Shown: one piece after another, positions 28,585 through 39,687 of the stretch
How positions within the stretch are numbered: position 1 is the first letter of the stretch
Layout: every line of letters begins with the position of its first letter
NCBI GenBank assembly: GCA_964549765.1
Contig: CAZJWR010000008.1
Coordinates: 16,097 to 80,096 of the forward strand
Source: an uncultured Ignavibacteriales bacterium
GTDB lineage: Bacteria > Zixibacteria > MSB-5A5 > GN15 > JAAZOE01
Length of the DNA: 64,000 nt
Direction of reading: 5' to 3'
Notes under the pieces: generated by a model
Told to the model about the DNA's origin: nothing
Databases searched by the model: none
The model's input: only the letters and a program-made list of their open reading frames with translations
Made by a program: the position numbers and the translations under genes

Positions 28585-29685
28585 ATGCGCAGGGGAGCAA
28601 TTGTCATCATCAAAACCGCAGGCCTCTTGCTGACCGTCGCCTTACTCTGGGTCGGCTGTTCCGACGACGACAATCCGACCAAATCGACGGGAAGCTGGGC
28701 CTGGCGGACGATGGGAGCCGGTGCTGACGATCGGGTGAATGCCATGGCCGTCTACAATGGCGATTTGATCACAGGAGGAGTATTTACCCAGATGGACACT
28801 ATCTCTACCGCTTATATCGCCTCGTGGAACGACACGACTTGGATGTATCTCGGTGCCGGGATGGACGACCCTATCTATAGCCTAATCGTCTATAATAATC
28901 AGCTGATTGCCGGCGGATTCTTCACAAATGCCGGAGGGATTTCGGCCAACCGGGTCGCCGCCTGGGATGGTTCATCATGGGCGCCGTTGGGAAACGGGAT
29001 GAATGGCGCGGTTACCGGGCTCGCCGTCTTCAACAATAATCTCATTGCCGCAGGTCACTTCACAAATGCCGGGGGGGTTAACGCCATTCATATCGCATCG
29101 TGGAACGGAGCGTCATGGTCCGCCATGGGATCCGGAACGGGCGGTATAATTCAAGACCTGATCGTTTATCATGGCCAATTGATTGTGGCCGGAGATTTTA
29201 CATCCATAAATGGCGTCAGCGCTAACTGTATCGCGGCTTGGGATGGATCTTCATGGGAGCCACTCGGAGTGGGTATGACACACGAAGTGCATCCCGTTGT
29301 TGAAGCCTTGGCGGTTTGGAATAATAAGTTGATAGCGGCGGGGCAATTCCGTACAGCGGGCGACAGTGTGGCGAAAAATATCGCGGTTTGGAATGATACC
29401 CTTTGGAGGCCATTGTCGTCTCAAAATGCTGCGCAGAGACCGGTCGGCGTCCTGACGGTTTTCCAGGGACGGCTGATCGTCGGGTGTTCCTATATTTTCT
29501 TTGATGACGAAAACGCCGACCGCATCGCCGCATATGACGGACAAACATGGGCGAAACTGGGTTCCGGCCTTAGTGACAATCCTTTGGCATTTGCGGTATA
29601 TAACGACAAGCTGATCACCGGAGGATTATTCGTCGAGGCAGGTGGGGATACGGTCAACTATATCGCCGAATGGAGTTACAAGTAA
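28585..29685 (+). CDS. Lipoprotein with a probable 7-bladed beta-propeller
   Basis: GGAGG RBS; lipobox VGC; about 48-aa repeats V.AL.VYN..LIAGG.F..AGG..A..IA.WDGSSW..LG.G. Confidence 0.85.
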   Translation: MRRGAIVIIKTAGLLLTVALLWVGCSDDDNPTKSTGSWAWRTMGAGADDRVNAMAVYNGDLITGGVFTQMDTISTAYIASWNDTTWMYLGAGMDDPIYSLIVYNNQLIAGGFFTNAGGISANRVAAWDGSSWAPLGNGMNGAVTGLAVFNNNLIAAGHFTNAGGVNAIHIASWNGASWSAMGSGTGGIIQDLIVYHGQLIVAGDFTSINGVSANCIAAWDGSSWEPLGVGMTHEVHPVVEALAVWNNKLIAAGQFRTAGDSVAKNIAVWNDTLWRPLSSQNAAQRPVGVLTVFQGRLIVGCSYIFFDDENADRIAAYDGQTWAKLGSGLSDNPLAFAVYNDKLITGGLFVEAGGDTVNYIAEWSYK

Positions 29686-29714
29686 CCAGATACTCCGTGT
29701 CGCCTGCAATGCGA

Positions 29715-30935
29715 TTATTCGTGGCGCAGGGCGTCGATGGGATCGAGGCCGGCGGCTTTGCGGGCCGGATAGAACCCGAAGAATATCCCGACCGCGGCGG
29801 AGAAAATAAACGATAACACGACGATTTGCGGCGTGATGATAGGCGCTATTTCCGTCCATCGGTTCAATGCCGTCACCACTCCCGCCGAAAGCGCAATCCC
29901 GATAAGGCCGCCGCTGACGCTCAGCGTCACCGCTTCGGTCAAAAACTGCACCAATATATCGCTTTCACGGGCGCCGACCGACAGCCGGATGCCGATCTCG
30001 CGCGTCCGCTCCGTCACCGATACCAGCATGATATTCATGATGCCGATGCCACCTACCAGCAGACTGACGGCGGCGATGGAACCGAGAAGCAGGGTCATGG
30101 TTTTGGTCGTGGCCGTCACCGCTTCCATGATTTCGGCCTGGCTGCGGATGCTGAAATCGTCGGCCTCGCCTTCATGCAGATTATGCGCCCGGCGCAGAAT
30201 CTCGGTCAGTTCGCCGATAGCCGCCGGGACGCTGTCGGTGGATACCGCGCTGGCGTTGATCATATCGATCCACTGGCTGCCCTTCAGGCGATAGAGGACG
30301 GTCGTCGACGGCGCGAGGATGACATCATCCTGATCCTGACCCATGCCGCTTTGCCCCTTGGTCTTGAGGACGCCGATAACCGTGAACGGCACATTCCTGA
30401 TCCGGATTCGCTGTCCCACCGGATCCTCATCGGGAAATAATTCTTTGGCGACGGTAGCGCCGAGCAGAGCCACCTTTCTGCGTCCGGTGACGTCCTTCTC
30501 GGTGAAAAATTCTCCCGATTCGATTTCCCAGTTACGGATCGAAAAGTATGCTGGAGACACGCCGTAAATCACCGTTGACCAGTTATTGCCCCCACCGATG
30601 ACTTGCCCGCCGGTGCGTACCACCGGTGAGGCGCCATCAATCAACGTCGCTTGTTTCTCTATCTCGTCGACGTCCTCCAGCGTGAACCGGTTGGAACTAC
30701 CCGCGCCCAAACGGGCGCCGCCCGATGTGGCGCTGCCGGGGAAGATGATGATCAGGTTGGTACCGAGGGCTTTGATGTTGTTCTGAATCTGGGCCTGTGA
30801 GCCCTCGCCGATGGCGACCATAATAATAACCGCGCCGACGCCGATGATGATGCCCAGCGAGGTCAGCAGGCTGCGGAGGCGATTCTTCAAAATGCTCTTG
30901 AAGGCCGCCTGGATTAATCTCGTGATCGAAATCAT
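29715..30935 (-). CDS. MacB-like ABC transporter permease
   Basis: RSLLTSLGIIIGV, GGIGIMNIMLVSVTERTREIG, GFYPARKAA.LDPIDALR. Confidence 0.94.
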   Translation of the reverse strand: MISITRLIQAAFKSILKNRLRSLLTSLGIIIGVGAVIIMVAIGEGSQAQIQNNIKALGTNLIIIFPGSATSGGARLGAGSSNRFTLEDVDEIEKQATLIDGASPVVRTGGQVIGGGNNWSTVIYGVSPAYFSIRNWEIESGEFFTEKDVTGRRKVALLGATVAKELFPDEDPVGQRIRIRNVPFTVIGVLKTKGQSGMGQDQDDVILAPSTTVLYRLKGSQWIDMINASAVSTDSVPAAIGELTEILRRAHNLHEGEADDFSIRSQAEIMEAVTATTKTMTLLLGSIAAVSLLVGGIGIMNIMLVSVTERTREIGIRLSVGARESDILVQFLTEAVTLSVSGGLIGIALSAGVVTALNRWTEIAPIITPQIVVLSFIFSAAVGIFFGFYPARKAAGLDPIDALRHE

Positions 30936-31684
30936 CAGTTATGCTCCCCGCCGTCGTCGTCCGCCGCCGGCGCTGCGCCGTTGACATGGCGGCGATGATC
31001 GATACTGCGGTCGCCGATGACGGTTCCGTCACGCAATTCGATAACTCGCCGGGCAAATTCTGAAATATCCTTTTCGTGTGTCACCAGAATAACCGTCACG
31101 CCTTCCTCGTTGAGTTCCTGAAAAAGTGAGATGATCTCGACCGTCGTGCGGCTGTCCAGATTTCCGGTCGGCTCGTCCGCCAGCAAAATCGACGGTTTAT
31201 TCACCAGCGCCCGCGCGATCGCCACCCGCTGCTGCTGGCCGCCCGAAAGCTGGCTGGGCGTATGATCGAGCCGTTCCGCCAGACCCACCCGGGTCAGGGC
31301 GGCGATGGCCGCCTGTCGATGATTGCGCATGTGATTGCTGCGGTTATAGAACAGGGGCAACTCGACGTTTTCCAGGGCCGACGTGCGGGACAACAAATTA
31401 AAACCCTGAAAAACAAATCCGATTTTTTTGTTCCGGATGGCCGCCCGCTGATTTTTGCTGAGGCCGTCGACCCGTTCGCCGTCGAGTATATATTCGCCTT
31501 CGGTCGGCGAATCGAGACAGCCGAGCAGATTCATCAAGGTCGACTTGCCCGACCCCGACGAACCCATGATGGCGACAAAATCGCCCGGCTCGACCGATAT
31601 GTCGACGCCGTGGAGGGCACGCACGGCGATATCACCCACCTGATAGGTGCGCGTCAGCCGATGTGTTTCGATTACATTTCCCAT
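30935..31684 (-). CDS. ABC transporter ATP-binding protein (MacB/LolD-like)
   Basis: Probable start MGNVIET at 31684; [25 protein letters not shown]. Confidence 0.94.
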   Translation of the reverse strand: MGNVIETHRLTRTYQVGDIAVRALHGVDISVEPGDFVAIMGSSGSGKSTLMNLLGCLDSPTEGEYILDGERVDGLSKNQRAAIRNKKIGFVFQGFNLLSRTSALENVELPLFYNRSNHMRNHRQAAIAALTRVGLAERLDHTPSQLSGGQQQRVAIARALVNKPSILLADEPTGNLDSRTTVEIISLFQELNEEGVTVILVTHEKDISEFARRVIELRDGTVIGDRSIDHRRHVNGAAPAADDDGGEHN

Positions 31685-31728
31685 GCCGTATTTTCTTTTC
31701 GCGTTGTCGTTATGCTCGCGTGCGGCGA

Positions 31729-32994
31729 TCAAAATCCCCGCATGCGGAAACCCCTTGGCCGGTCTTGCGATGTCTGCTCCTGTTCGGATTGCGCTTGCTT
31801 CGTCCCGACAATGACCTGCATCCCATCCTGCAGCACCCGTGAGCCCACGACTTCGGTATTGGTGCCATCCGTTAGGCCTGTCCGCAACGGCGCTCCCATG
31901 ACCTGGCCCAGGGAATCGACGTACCACACCATGCTGAAATTCCGCTGCCCGTCGGCCATACCGCCGGGCCGTCCGCCGGACCGTGAGACCATTGCGGTCG
32001 AATCAGGCGACGTACCGGGCGAACTGCCCCGGCTTTGCATTTCCTTTTGGCGCTCGGCTCGAGACTTGTCGACGATCTCCTGCGACGGCTGGAACCGGAG
32101 GGCCTTATTGGGAACCATCAGCACGTCGTCCCGCTTCTCCGTGATAAAATCGACCATCGCCGTCATCCCCGGCAGCAGCAATCCCTCGTCGTTGCGCGAC
32201 TCGATGACGACGGTGTAGGTCACGACATTGGAGACGGTTTTGGGCTGGAGACGAATCTGTTTGACCGTCCCGGAGAAATTTTTGTCGGCATACGCCAGTA
32301 CCTGAAAAGTTGCTTGCTGACCGTCTTTGATCTGGCCGATATCGCTTTCATCGACGTCGGCCAGAATCTGCATGCGGGACAAATCCTGCGCAATAATGAA
32401 CAGCGTCGGCGTCGACAGGCTGGCCGCCACCGTCTGGCCAGCGTCCACATTTCTCTCGATAACCGTCCCGCGAATCGGCGAACGGATCACGGCGTAGCTG
32501 AGGTTTCTTTCGGCGCGGTCGAGCGCCGCCTGCGATGATATCATAGTCGCTTTCTGGGTTTTCAAGCCGACCTGGTAAGGCAGAAAATCCATCTCCGAAA
32601 TCAGTTCCCGGTCAAAAAGCACCTTGTTTCGATCATACTCCGCCTGCGCCTGTTCCAGTGACGCTTCCGACCGTTGGATGGTCGCCTGCGCGTCGAGCAC
32701 GGCCGCCTTGAGCAGGGTCGTGTCCAGAACCGCCAGAATCTGGCCCTCGTGAACTTGATCGTTGTAATCGACATAGACCGAGTCGATGGTCCCCGAAACT
32801 TGCGTCCCGACCTGCACCGACGTCACCGGAGCCAGCGTCCCCGTTGAGGAAACGGTGTTTTCGATAGTGCCTCGGGTGACGGTGGCGAATTCATACCCCG
32901 TAGCGGCTTTGGTTGTTTTCGATTTCAGCAGCCAGTATCCTGCCACGGCAAGAACCAGCACAATCAGGATATATACCAGACTTTTCTTTCTCAC
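31729..32994 (-). CDS. MacA-like periplasmic adaptor
   Basis: GTG after GAGGAG; N-terminal TM; VGTQVSG, GQTVAASL.TPTLF, VDESDIG, LLPGMTA. Confidence 0.92.
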   Translation of the reverse strand: MRKKSLVYILIVLVLAVAGYWLLKSKTTKAATGYEFATVTRGTIENTVSSTGTLAPVTSVQVGTQVSGTIDSVYVDYNDQVHEGQILAVLDTTLLKAAVLDAQATIQRSEASLEQAQAEYDRNKVLFDRELISEMDFLPYQVGLKTQKATMISSQAALDRAERNLSYAVIRSPIRGTVIERNVDAGQTVAASLSTPTLFIIAQDLSRMQILADVDESDIGQIKDGQQATFQVLAYADKNFSGTVKQIRLQPKTVSNVVTYTVVIESRNDEGLLLPGMTAMVDFITEKRDDVLMVPNKALRFQPSQEIVDKSRAERQKEMQSRGSSPGTSPDSTAMVSRSGGRPGGMADGQRNFSMVWYVDSLGQVMGAPLRTGLTDGTNTEVVGSRVLQDGMQVIVGTKQAQSEQEQTSQDRPRGFRMRGF

Positions 32995-33188
32995 GTCCAC
33001 TCCTCGGCATATGAACACGACTTTCCGTATCTTGTGACAATTAATACGCCGGGAAAGACCAACCGGAGACGCAAAATAAGCGCCGGTCGGGAACGACGAT
33101 TCGGCGATACCGGCCAAAATCGGCCAATTCAATCATTGACAAATCATCAACTTGGAAGGAAATTCATAGGACATCGGTGATTTGACCT

Positions 33189-34535
33189 ATGGAACTATTT
33201 GGACCACATCCGGGCCGCATGGCGATAATCTATTTCGCTGTCGGCATTATTATCGGCGCTGTCGTGCTGACTATGCCCGTCAGTTCGGCGGGAACGCCGA
33301 TTTCGTTCGTAGACGCCCTGTTTACGGCCACCTCGGCGGTGTGTGTTACGGGCCTGACAGTGCTCGATACCGGCCACGATTTTTCGATGTTCGGGCAGGT
33401 GGTTATCCTGATTTTGATCCAGCTCGGCGGCCTTGGGATTATGACGTTCGCGACGACGCTTATGTTGATGATGGGGGCCAAGTTGTCGTTCGCCCACCGG
33501 CTGGGGATGTCCGAAAGTTACGGGACGGGGTCGCCGGCCACGGTGCGCAATCTGTTGCTGGCGATTCTCATCACGACCGTTTTGATGGAACTGCTGGGTG
33601 CGGTCGCCCTCTTTTTCAAATTCAACGCGCAATTTCCCGCCGGCCGGGCGGCATTCCTGGCGGTGTTCCATGCTATTTCGGCTTTCTGCAACGCCGGCTT
33701 TTCGCCCTTTTCCAACAGCCTCGAAAATTATCAGGGGGATGGCGTCATAATCATCGTCTTTTCCGTCCTGATCATCTGTGGCGGTCTGGGTTTTGCCGTC
33801 ATCGCCGATATATTCAACCGAATCCGGTACAAATCGCCGACTTTTTCGCTCCACACCAAAATCTGCCTGACCACGACCGTAATTCTTCTGGTGCTGGGGA
33901 CGACGGCCTTTTTTGTCGCCGAGCAGGATAGTGCCTTCAAAAGCGTCGGCGCGCTGCAGGCGGTCGGCGATTCCTTTTTCCAGTCGGTCACGGCGCGGAC
34001 GGCGGGCTTCAATAATATCCCCCAGCGCGGTTTTACCGAAGTCAGCCTTCTGGTGACGATGCTTTTAATGTTCATCGGGGCCTGTCCGGGGTCGACCGGG
34101 GGAGGGATCAAGACGACGACCTTCGCCGTCGTCATACTTCTGGTGTATAACAGATTCCGCGGCCGGCAGTCGGTGGCGGCATTTCGGCGGTCGATCAGCG
34201 CCGATTCGATCAACCGCGCCCTCACCGTGGCCCTGCTGGCGGTGCTGGTGATGATATTGATGTTCGGGCTTTTGATGTTTGCCGAGGAACGTCCGGTGGC
34301 GCATCAATTGAGCCACGGCTGGTTCGTGGATAATTTATTCGAGGTGGTGTCGGCTTTCGGGACCGTGGGGCTGTCGCTGGGGATGACCACGCACCTGCAT
34401 TCATTCGGCAAGATTATCCTGATCGTCACCATGTTTGTCGGGCGGGTGGGGCTTCTGACGCTGGCCTTTTCGCTGGCCCGGCCGATGGTGCGCGGCGAGG
34501 TCGTGTATTCCGAGGAACCGGTTCTGGTAGGATAG
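33189..34535 (+). CDS. ktrB: Ktr/Trk potassium uptake membrane subunit
   Basis: Four pore motifs: SAVCVTGL, SAFCNAGF, RTAGF and SAFGTVGLS; GSTGGGIK. Confidence 0.94.
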   Translation: MELFGPHPGRMAIIYFAVGIIIGAVVLTMPVSSAGTPISFVDALFTATSAVCVTGLTVLDTGHDFSMFGQVVILILIQLGGLGIMTFATTLMLMMGAKLSFAHRLGMSESYGTGSPATVRNLLLAILITTVLMELLGAVALFFKFNAQFPAGRAAFLAVFHAISAFCNAGFSPFSNSLENYQGDGVIIIVFSVLIICGGLGFAVIADIFNRIRYKSPTFSLHTKICLTTTVILLVLGTTAFFVAEQDSAFKSVGALQAVGDSFFQSVTARTAGFNNIPQRGFTEVSLLVTMLLMFIGACPGSTGGGIKTTTFAVVILLVYNRFRGRQSVAAFRRSISADSINRALTVALLAVLVMILMFGLLMFAEERPVAHQLSHGWFVDNLFEVVSAFGTVGLSLGMTTHLHSFGKIILIVTMFVGRVGLLTLAFSLARPMVRGEVVYSEEPVLVG

Positions 34536-34544
34536 GAACATGTC

Positions 34545-35192
34545 ATGAAAGAATTTGCCGTTATCGGATTGGGAAATTTCGGGGCGACGGTGGCGCGGGA
34601 ATTGAGCCGCCTCAAATGCAAGGTCACCGCCATCGATTCCAACAAATCGCTGGTGCAGTCGCTCCAGAGCAGCGTCCATATGGCCATCGTCGCCAACGCT
34701 ACCGAACGGGAGTTTTTGGAAAATCTCGAAGTCGATAAATTCGATGCCTTCGTCGTGTCAACCGGCGAGGATACCGACGCCTCCATCCTGATCGCTCTCT
34801 ATCTCAAGGAACTCGGCGCGCAGCAAATCATCGTCAAGGCCAAAACCGAGGATCACGCCAAAATTTTACTGAAGGTCGGCGCCACTCAGGCGATGATTCC
34901 CGAAAAGCAGATGGCGACCAAGATCGCGCATTCACTATCCGAATCCAACCTGGTCGATTATCTGCCGCTCAGCGAGGAATATTTCGTGGCCGAAGTGCCG
35001 CCTCCCAAAAAATTCATCGACAAATCTCTGATCGACCTCAAGATCAGATCCAAATACCATATCCAGGTCATCGCCGTCAAAAACGCGCAGACCAGCGCCC
35101 TGACATTCGTTCCCGGCGCCGATTATCGGATTCAGTCGTCGGATATCCTGGTCGTCCTCGGCCGCGGCGAAGACATTGAGAATCTGAAGTAG
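34545..35192 (+). CDS. ktrA: Ktr/Trk RCK regulatory subunit
   Basis: VIGLGNFG Rossmann motif plus an RCK_C domain. Confidence 0.93.
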   Translation: MKEFAVIGLGNFGATVARELSRLKCKVTAIDSNKSLVQSLQSSVHMAIVANATEREFLENLEVDKFDAFVVSTGEDTDASILIALYLKELGAQQIIVKAKTEDHAKILLKVGATQAMIPEKQMATKIAHSLSESNLVDYLPLSEEYFVAEVPPPKKFIDKSLIDLKIRSKYHIQVIAVKNAQTSALTFVPGADYRIQSSDILVVLGRGEDIENLK

Positions 35193-35577
35193 CAATGGTC
35201 GAGATATGGGACACCACACCACCCGGGTCTGCAGATACTGCGCATCAATTGCGTCATATGATAGAAACTTTCAAGCCCTGCAGCTAAATCGGCAGGCTAC
35301 TCCCGGGAAATCTTCATGCTTACATAACAATCGAAAGAACATATCTTGTTTATGGAGCAACTGATTTCATTTAAGGTCGTGTAATCCCCGCGGGGACCAC
35401 AACCCCACGGCAAGGCAGGCTGAGAACAGATATCTCTTGGTGCGCTTTGTGCCTTCCCGCGTGATTAAAATCCTCACAAACGGACTATGTTCGTTTGCCC
35501 GTTATTGTCAGAAATTTCAAAAATGGTAAAGGACAAGGCGCTATATTTGGTCTGATGCATTGTAGGGGTTGCCACAA

Positions 35578-36945
35578 ATGAAACATTACCCGAGACTTCT
35601 GTTGCGCATTGGTATCGGATTCGCATTTCCGGTCCCGGGCATGGCCATCGATTGGCCGATTTTTCCGGATAGCGCCTTTCATGAAGTCGGCTCCACTTAT
35701 GGCCAATATTTTGCAGGAGACTTTCCCTATTATCACCCCGGGATAGATATCATGGCCCCCGCCGGCACCCCCGTGTACGCCGTGAAATCGGGATACGTGA
35801 AGGCGGTGATGACCACTGTTCCGGATGATATGTACTATTGGCGCGTCATTATCGGCGACTCAGCGGGACCCCAGGAATGCGATGCCTGGATGTACGCCAA
35901 TGTGGAAGTCTCTTCCATTGCCGTATCGGAGGGAGAATGGGTCGAGGCGGGGCAATATCTGGCCGATTTAATCGACTATCCTCCGGGCACGTTCCCGGAG
36001 CATCTACACTTCGTGCAGATCAGGAATTCCGGCGAATCATGGCATGATGCGGAGAATTGGGAATTCATCACCAATCCCCTTGACGTGCTGGATAACATCG
36101 CCGACAGCACCGGGCCGGTTTTCGAGATCGTCTACGGTAATCGGCTGATCGGATTCTGCCCCAATTATTTTGCCTCGTACTTTTCCTCGAGCGATACGCT
36201 ATCCGGAGATATCGATATTGTTTGTCATGTCTACGATAAGGTCAATCATCCTGTCTGGAAAACCGTTTCCTATCGGATCGAGTACAAAGTGGAAGGGGAT
36301 ACGGTCATCGGCTGGAGGAACGGAGTATGTTTTACCGGTCCGCTTGATTTTCCGGGGAATGTCGGCATCGTCTATCAGGATGACGCTACTTGCAATACCG
36401 AAGGCAACTGGGTGGATATGGAATACTACATTTGCGTCACCGACAGCGACGGCGATTGCGTCATCGAATCCGGCGATAACGCCGGATGTTGGAATACATC
36501 GGCCTTTCACAACGGCCCGGTGACCGTTTCAATCCGTGCCTTTGATCGGACCGGCAATGGAGATTCCATATCCATGCCGATGACCGTCGCCAACTTCCAT
36601 GATCTCGCCGGAGTTGTGCAATTGTCCGATGATCCCGGCAATTTGGGCGGTTCGATTATCACGATTGTACCGAGTGGCCAGGTCGACACGACTGATTCCG
36701 GCGGCCTATTTTCGATGCCCCATATCGGCGGCGGAAATCAGCACGTGATAATATCGCGGCACGCCTATCAGACGCTCGATACCGTCGTCGTCATGACCCA
36801 GGATCGGTCGATAGCGGTGACCCTGAACAGGTCGTACCTATGCGGGGACGCCGGCGGCGATCCGGCCGTCAATGTGGGCGACGCCGTTTTTCTGATCAAT
36901 TATATCTTCCGCGGCGGGCCGATCCCCTGCGCCCCGTGCTGGTAA
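35578..36945 (+). CDS. Secreted M23-family peptidase with Ig-like/carboxypeptidase-regulatory-like domains and a single dockerin-like repeat
   Basis: HPGIDI...GTPVYAV..G and HLHF; C-terminal CGDAGGDPAVNVGDAVFLINYIFRGGPIP. Confidence 0.82.
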   Translation: MKHYPRLLLRIGIGFAFPVPGMAIDWPIFPDSAFHEVGSTYGQYFAGDFPYYHPGIDIMAPAGTPVYAVKSGYVKAVMTTVPDDMYYWRVIIGDSAGPQECDAWMYANVEVSSIAVSEGEWVEAGQYLADLIDYPPGTFPEHLHFVQIRNSGESWHDAENWEFITNPLDVLDNIADSTGPVFEIVYGNRLIGFCPNYFASYFSSSDTLSGDIDIVCHVYDKVNHPVWKTVSYRIEYKVEGDTVIGWRNGVCFTGPLDFPGNVGIVYQDDATCNTEGNWVDMEYYICVTDSDGDCVIESGDNAGCWNTSAFHNGPVTVSIRAFDRTGNGDSISMPMTVANFHDLAGVVQLSDDPGNLGGSIITIVPSGQVDTTDSGGLFSMPHIGGGNQHVIISRHAYQTLDTVVVMTQDRSIAVTLNRSYLCGDAGGDPAVNVGDAVFLINYIFRGGPIPCAPCW

Positions 36946-37178
36946 TGGTGCCGGCAGAAACGGTCATTGTCCGTTCGCGACTGCCTTTTTATCGGATCAT
37001 GAGTTTCCATTTCCGGTAGCAACGATGCTCCACTTCACGGAAAATCCAAAAAATTAATTGCTAAATTATGAATTGATCAATACATTATTTATGCAGTAGG
37101 TAATTCCTCACCAACATTGGCGTCCGCCGCATTAAACGTAAGTCACGATAGGGCTTTAAAGATCATGGGAGGCAAAGC

Positions 37179-39653
37179 ATGAACATTCGTGGGACGTTAG
37201 TGGCGGCTCTGACATTCGGAATACTGAGCGTTTTACTCGCGACGGTCGCAGTGCAATCGGCCGATGACAAGACCTTAATCAGGGAGGATGTATCCGGTAA
37301 GTTTGACCGGGGGTTTCCCACGTACCCGCAGGGGCCCGACCGGGACGCGGCGCTGCTTTCCGCGCCAAAATCATTTCCATTTTCGGCGGAATCCGGCCGG
37401 AGAGGCGATCGGGGATCGAGACAGGAATGTTTTTCGGCAGACGGAAACAAAAGCAGCATGGATCACCCCGACGATTCTTTTTGGGTCGATAGATTCCCGA
37501 TGCGGGATCTCAATGGTGAGGTCCGTGCCATGACCGTCTATGATGGGCGCCTCGTTATCGGCGGCTATTTCACCGTTGCGGGGGGCGCCAAAGCCAATCG
37601 TATCGCGACCTGGGATGGATCATCGTGGGAGACGGTCGGCCCGGGATTCGATTCGGCGGTGTTTGCATTGACTGTTTACGACGGCAAGCTGATCGCCGGG
37701 GGCCATTTTACCTCGGCCGGCGGCGTCGCATGCAATCATGTTGCCGCCTGGGACGGAAGTTCATGGTCGGCGCTGGGCGAGGGTACCGATGATTGGGTGT
37801 ACTCGCTGGCCGTGTATGATGAGCGGCTGTACGTCGGCGGACGATTCGATTCTGCGGGCGGCATTGCGACAGGTGCCATCGCGCAGTGGGACGGGTCGGA
37901 TTGGGCTTCACTCGGATCGGGTATCGACTATCGCGTCTATTCGATGCTCGTTTATGGTAATGAACTAATCGTCGCGGGGGATTTCAATTCCGCAGGAGGT
38001 GTCACCGCCGAAAATATTGCCATTTGGAATGGAGCGGATTGGGCTGCGTTCGGCACGGGGAGCAATCATTTGATCTATGCGATGACCATCTACCATGATC
38101 AGTTAATTGTCGGTGGGTATTTCACCGCGATCGACGGTGTTGACGCCAATCGTGTCGCTGCCTGGGACGGCGAGACCTGGTCGCCTCTGGGGACAGGCGC
38201 CGACGCCGAGGTTGAAGCTCTTGCCATATACAACGACAAATTACTCGCCGGAGGATATTTTCTTCAGGCGGGCGGCGGACCGGCCTATCGCATAGCATCC
38301 TGGGACGGTTCTTCCTGGTCACCGCTGGGAGAGGGCATCTACGGCGACGCCGACGTCTATGCCCTGGCAGTGTACGATGGTAAGCTTTATGTCGGGGGAT
38401 TTATCTATGTGGCCGGCATGATTCCCGTGACCGGGATCGCCTCTTGGGACGACGCGTCCTGGTCCGTCGTCGGGTCGGGTAGTTATCTCACCGGCAACGT
38501 CAGGGATATGACTGTTTATAATAATTCCCTGATCGTGGGGGGAAGTTTTTATACAGCCGGAGGCGCCGTGGTGAGGGGGATCGCCGCTTGGAACGGATCG
38601 GAATGGTCGCCGCTTGGTTCAGGTATGGATAATTATGTCCGGGCCGTCACGGTTTTCGAGGGTAAGCTAATTGCGGGAGGTAATTTCACCTTTTCCGATG
38701 GAGATTTGACGAACCATATCGCCGCTTGGGATGGAGTTTCCTGGTCGCCGCTCGGCGATGGTTTCGATGGTGATGTAAAAGCGCTGGCAGTATACGACGG
38801 CAAACTGATTGCCGGCGGTTACTTCCATGCATCGGGTACAGTCGATGTGCAACATATTGCCCAATGGGACGGCAAATCCTGGGCGCCGATGGGGGCCGGT
38901 ACGAGCGACGAGGTTTACGTACTGGAAGTGTATGATGGCAAGCTGATCGCCGGAGGCGCCTTCGATTATATAGGCGATTTAAACGGATTAAGAGTGGATA
39001 ACGTGGCCGCCTGGGACGGATTGTCGTGGTCTCCTCTGGGGTTGGGAGTGTACGGGTTTCTTCTTGATGTGCATGCCTTGACCGTCTATGGCGACGAATT
39101 GATTGTCGCCGGCGATTTCACTCATGCCGGAGGATACATGGCTCATTGCATCGCCTCCTGGAACGGGGCCACATGGTCGCCGATGGGAACCGGAATGGAT
39201 TCGGTCGTATTCTCCGTCACCGCCTATGGTTCCAAGCTGATCGCGGGCGGGAGATTTCGGATGGCTGACGGTGCGGAAGTGAGCAATATCGCTTCCTGGA
39301 ACGGCCAGTCCTGGTCGCCACTGGGTTCCGGAACGGATTATACTGTCTCTGCCATGGCGGTATTCAATGATCACCTGATGGTCGGCGGGTCTTTTTGGCT
39401 GGCCGGCGATGACGTATCGGCCTATCTGGCGGGGTGGAACAAACCCGGCTTTTATTGCGGCGACGCCGACGGCGATGAAACTATCAACATCGCCGATGCC
39501 GTTTATCTCGTGAGTTACATTTTCGGCGGGGGACCGCCACCGTTACCGATAGAAGCCGGAGATGCCAATTGCGACGGCGCGGTCAACATCGGCGATGTCG
39601 TGTATCTGGTCAACCACATCTTCCACAGCGGCCCGGCGCCCTGCTGCCCGTGA
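37179..39653 (+). CDS. Secreted double beta-propeller repeat protein with a C-terminal dockerin-like domain
   Basis: Signal peptide, 13 full W(D/N)x..W repeats plus a terminal partial one, and a duplicated dockerin-like motif ending APCCP. Confidence 0.88.
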   Translation: MNIRGTLVAALTFGILSVLLATVAVQSADDKTLIREDVSGKFDRGFPTYPQGPDRDAALLSAPKSFPFSAESGRRGDRGSRQECFSADGNKSSMDHPDDSFWVDRFPMRDLNGEVRAMTVYDGRLVIGGYFTVAGGAKANRIATWDGSSWETVGPGFDSAVFALTVYDGKLIAGGHFTSAGGVACNHVAAWDGSSWSALGEGTDDWVYSLAVYDERLYVGGRFDSAGGIATGAIAQWDGSDWASLGSGIDYRVYSMLVYGNELIVAGDFNSAGGVTAENIAIWNGADWAAFGTGSNHLIYAMTIYHDQLIVGGYFTAIDGVDANRVAAWDGETWSPLGTGADAEVEALAIYNDKLLAGGYFLQAGGGPAYRIASWDGSSWSPLGEGIYGDADVYALAVYDGKLYVGGFIYVAGMIPVTGIASWDDASWSVVGSGSYLTGNVRDMTVYNNSLIVGGSFYTAGGAVVRGIAAWNGSEWSPLGSGMDNYVRAVTVFEGKLIAGGNFTFSDGDLTNHIAAWDGVSWSPLGDGFDGDVKALAVYDGKLIAGGYFHASGTVDVQHIAQWDGKSWAPMGAGTSDEVYVLEVYDGKLIAGGAFDYIGDLNGLRVDNVAAWDGLSWSPLGLGVYGFLLDVHALTVYGDELIVAGDFTHAGGYMAHCIASWNGATWSPMGTGMDSVVFSVTAYGSKLIAGGRFRMADGAEVSNIASWNGQSWSPLGSGTDYTVSAMAVFNDHLMVGGSFWLAGDDVSAYLAGWNKPGFYCGDADGDETINIADAVYLVSYIFGGGPPPLPIEAGDANCDGAVNIGDVVYLVNHIFHSGPAPCCP

Positions 39654-39687
39654 TAGGGACAGTGTACTGTCCGAGCTATTATTCATA

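Noticed and set aside
33060-33188. c-di-AMP (ydaO) riboswitch upstream of ktrB
   Set aside because: The region is short, shared with a divergent promoter, and lacks recognisable conserved riboswitch motifs.
35200-35560. IS200/IS605-like remnant in the ktrA-M23 intergenic region
   Set aside because: Only weak, degenerate hairpins are present and no transposase fragment is recognisable, which is not enough to call.
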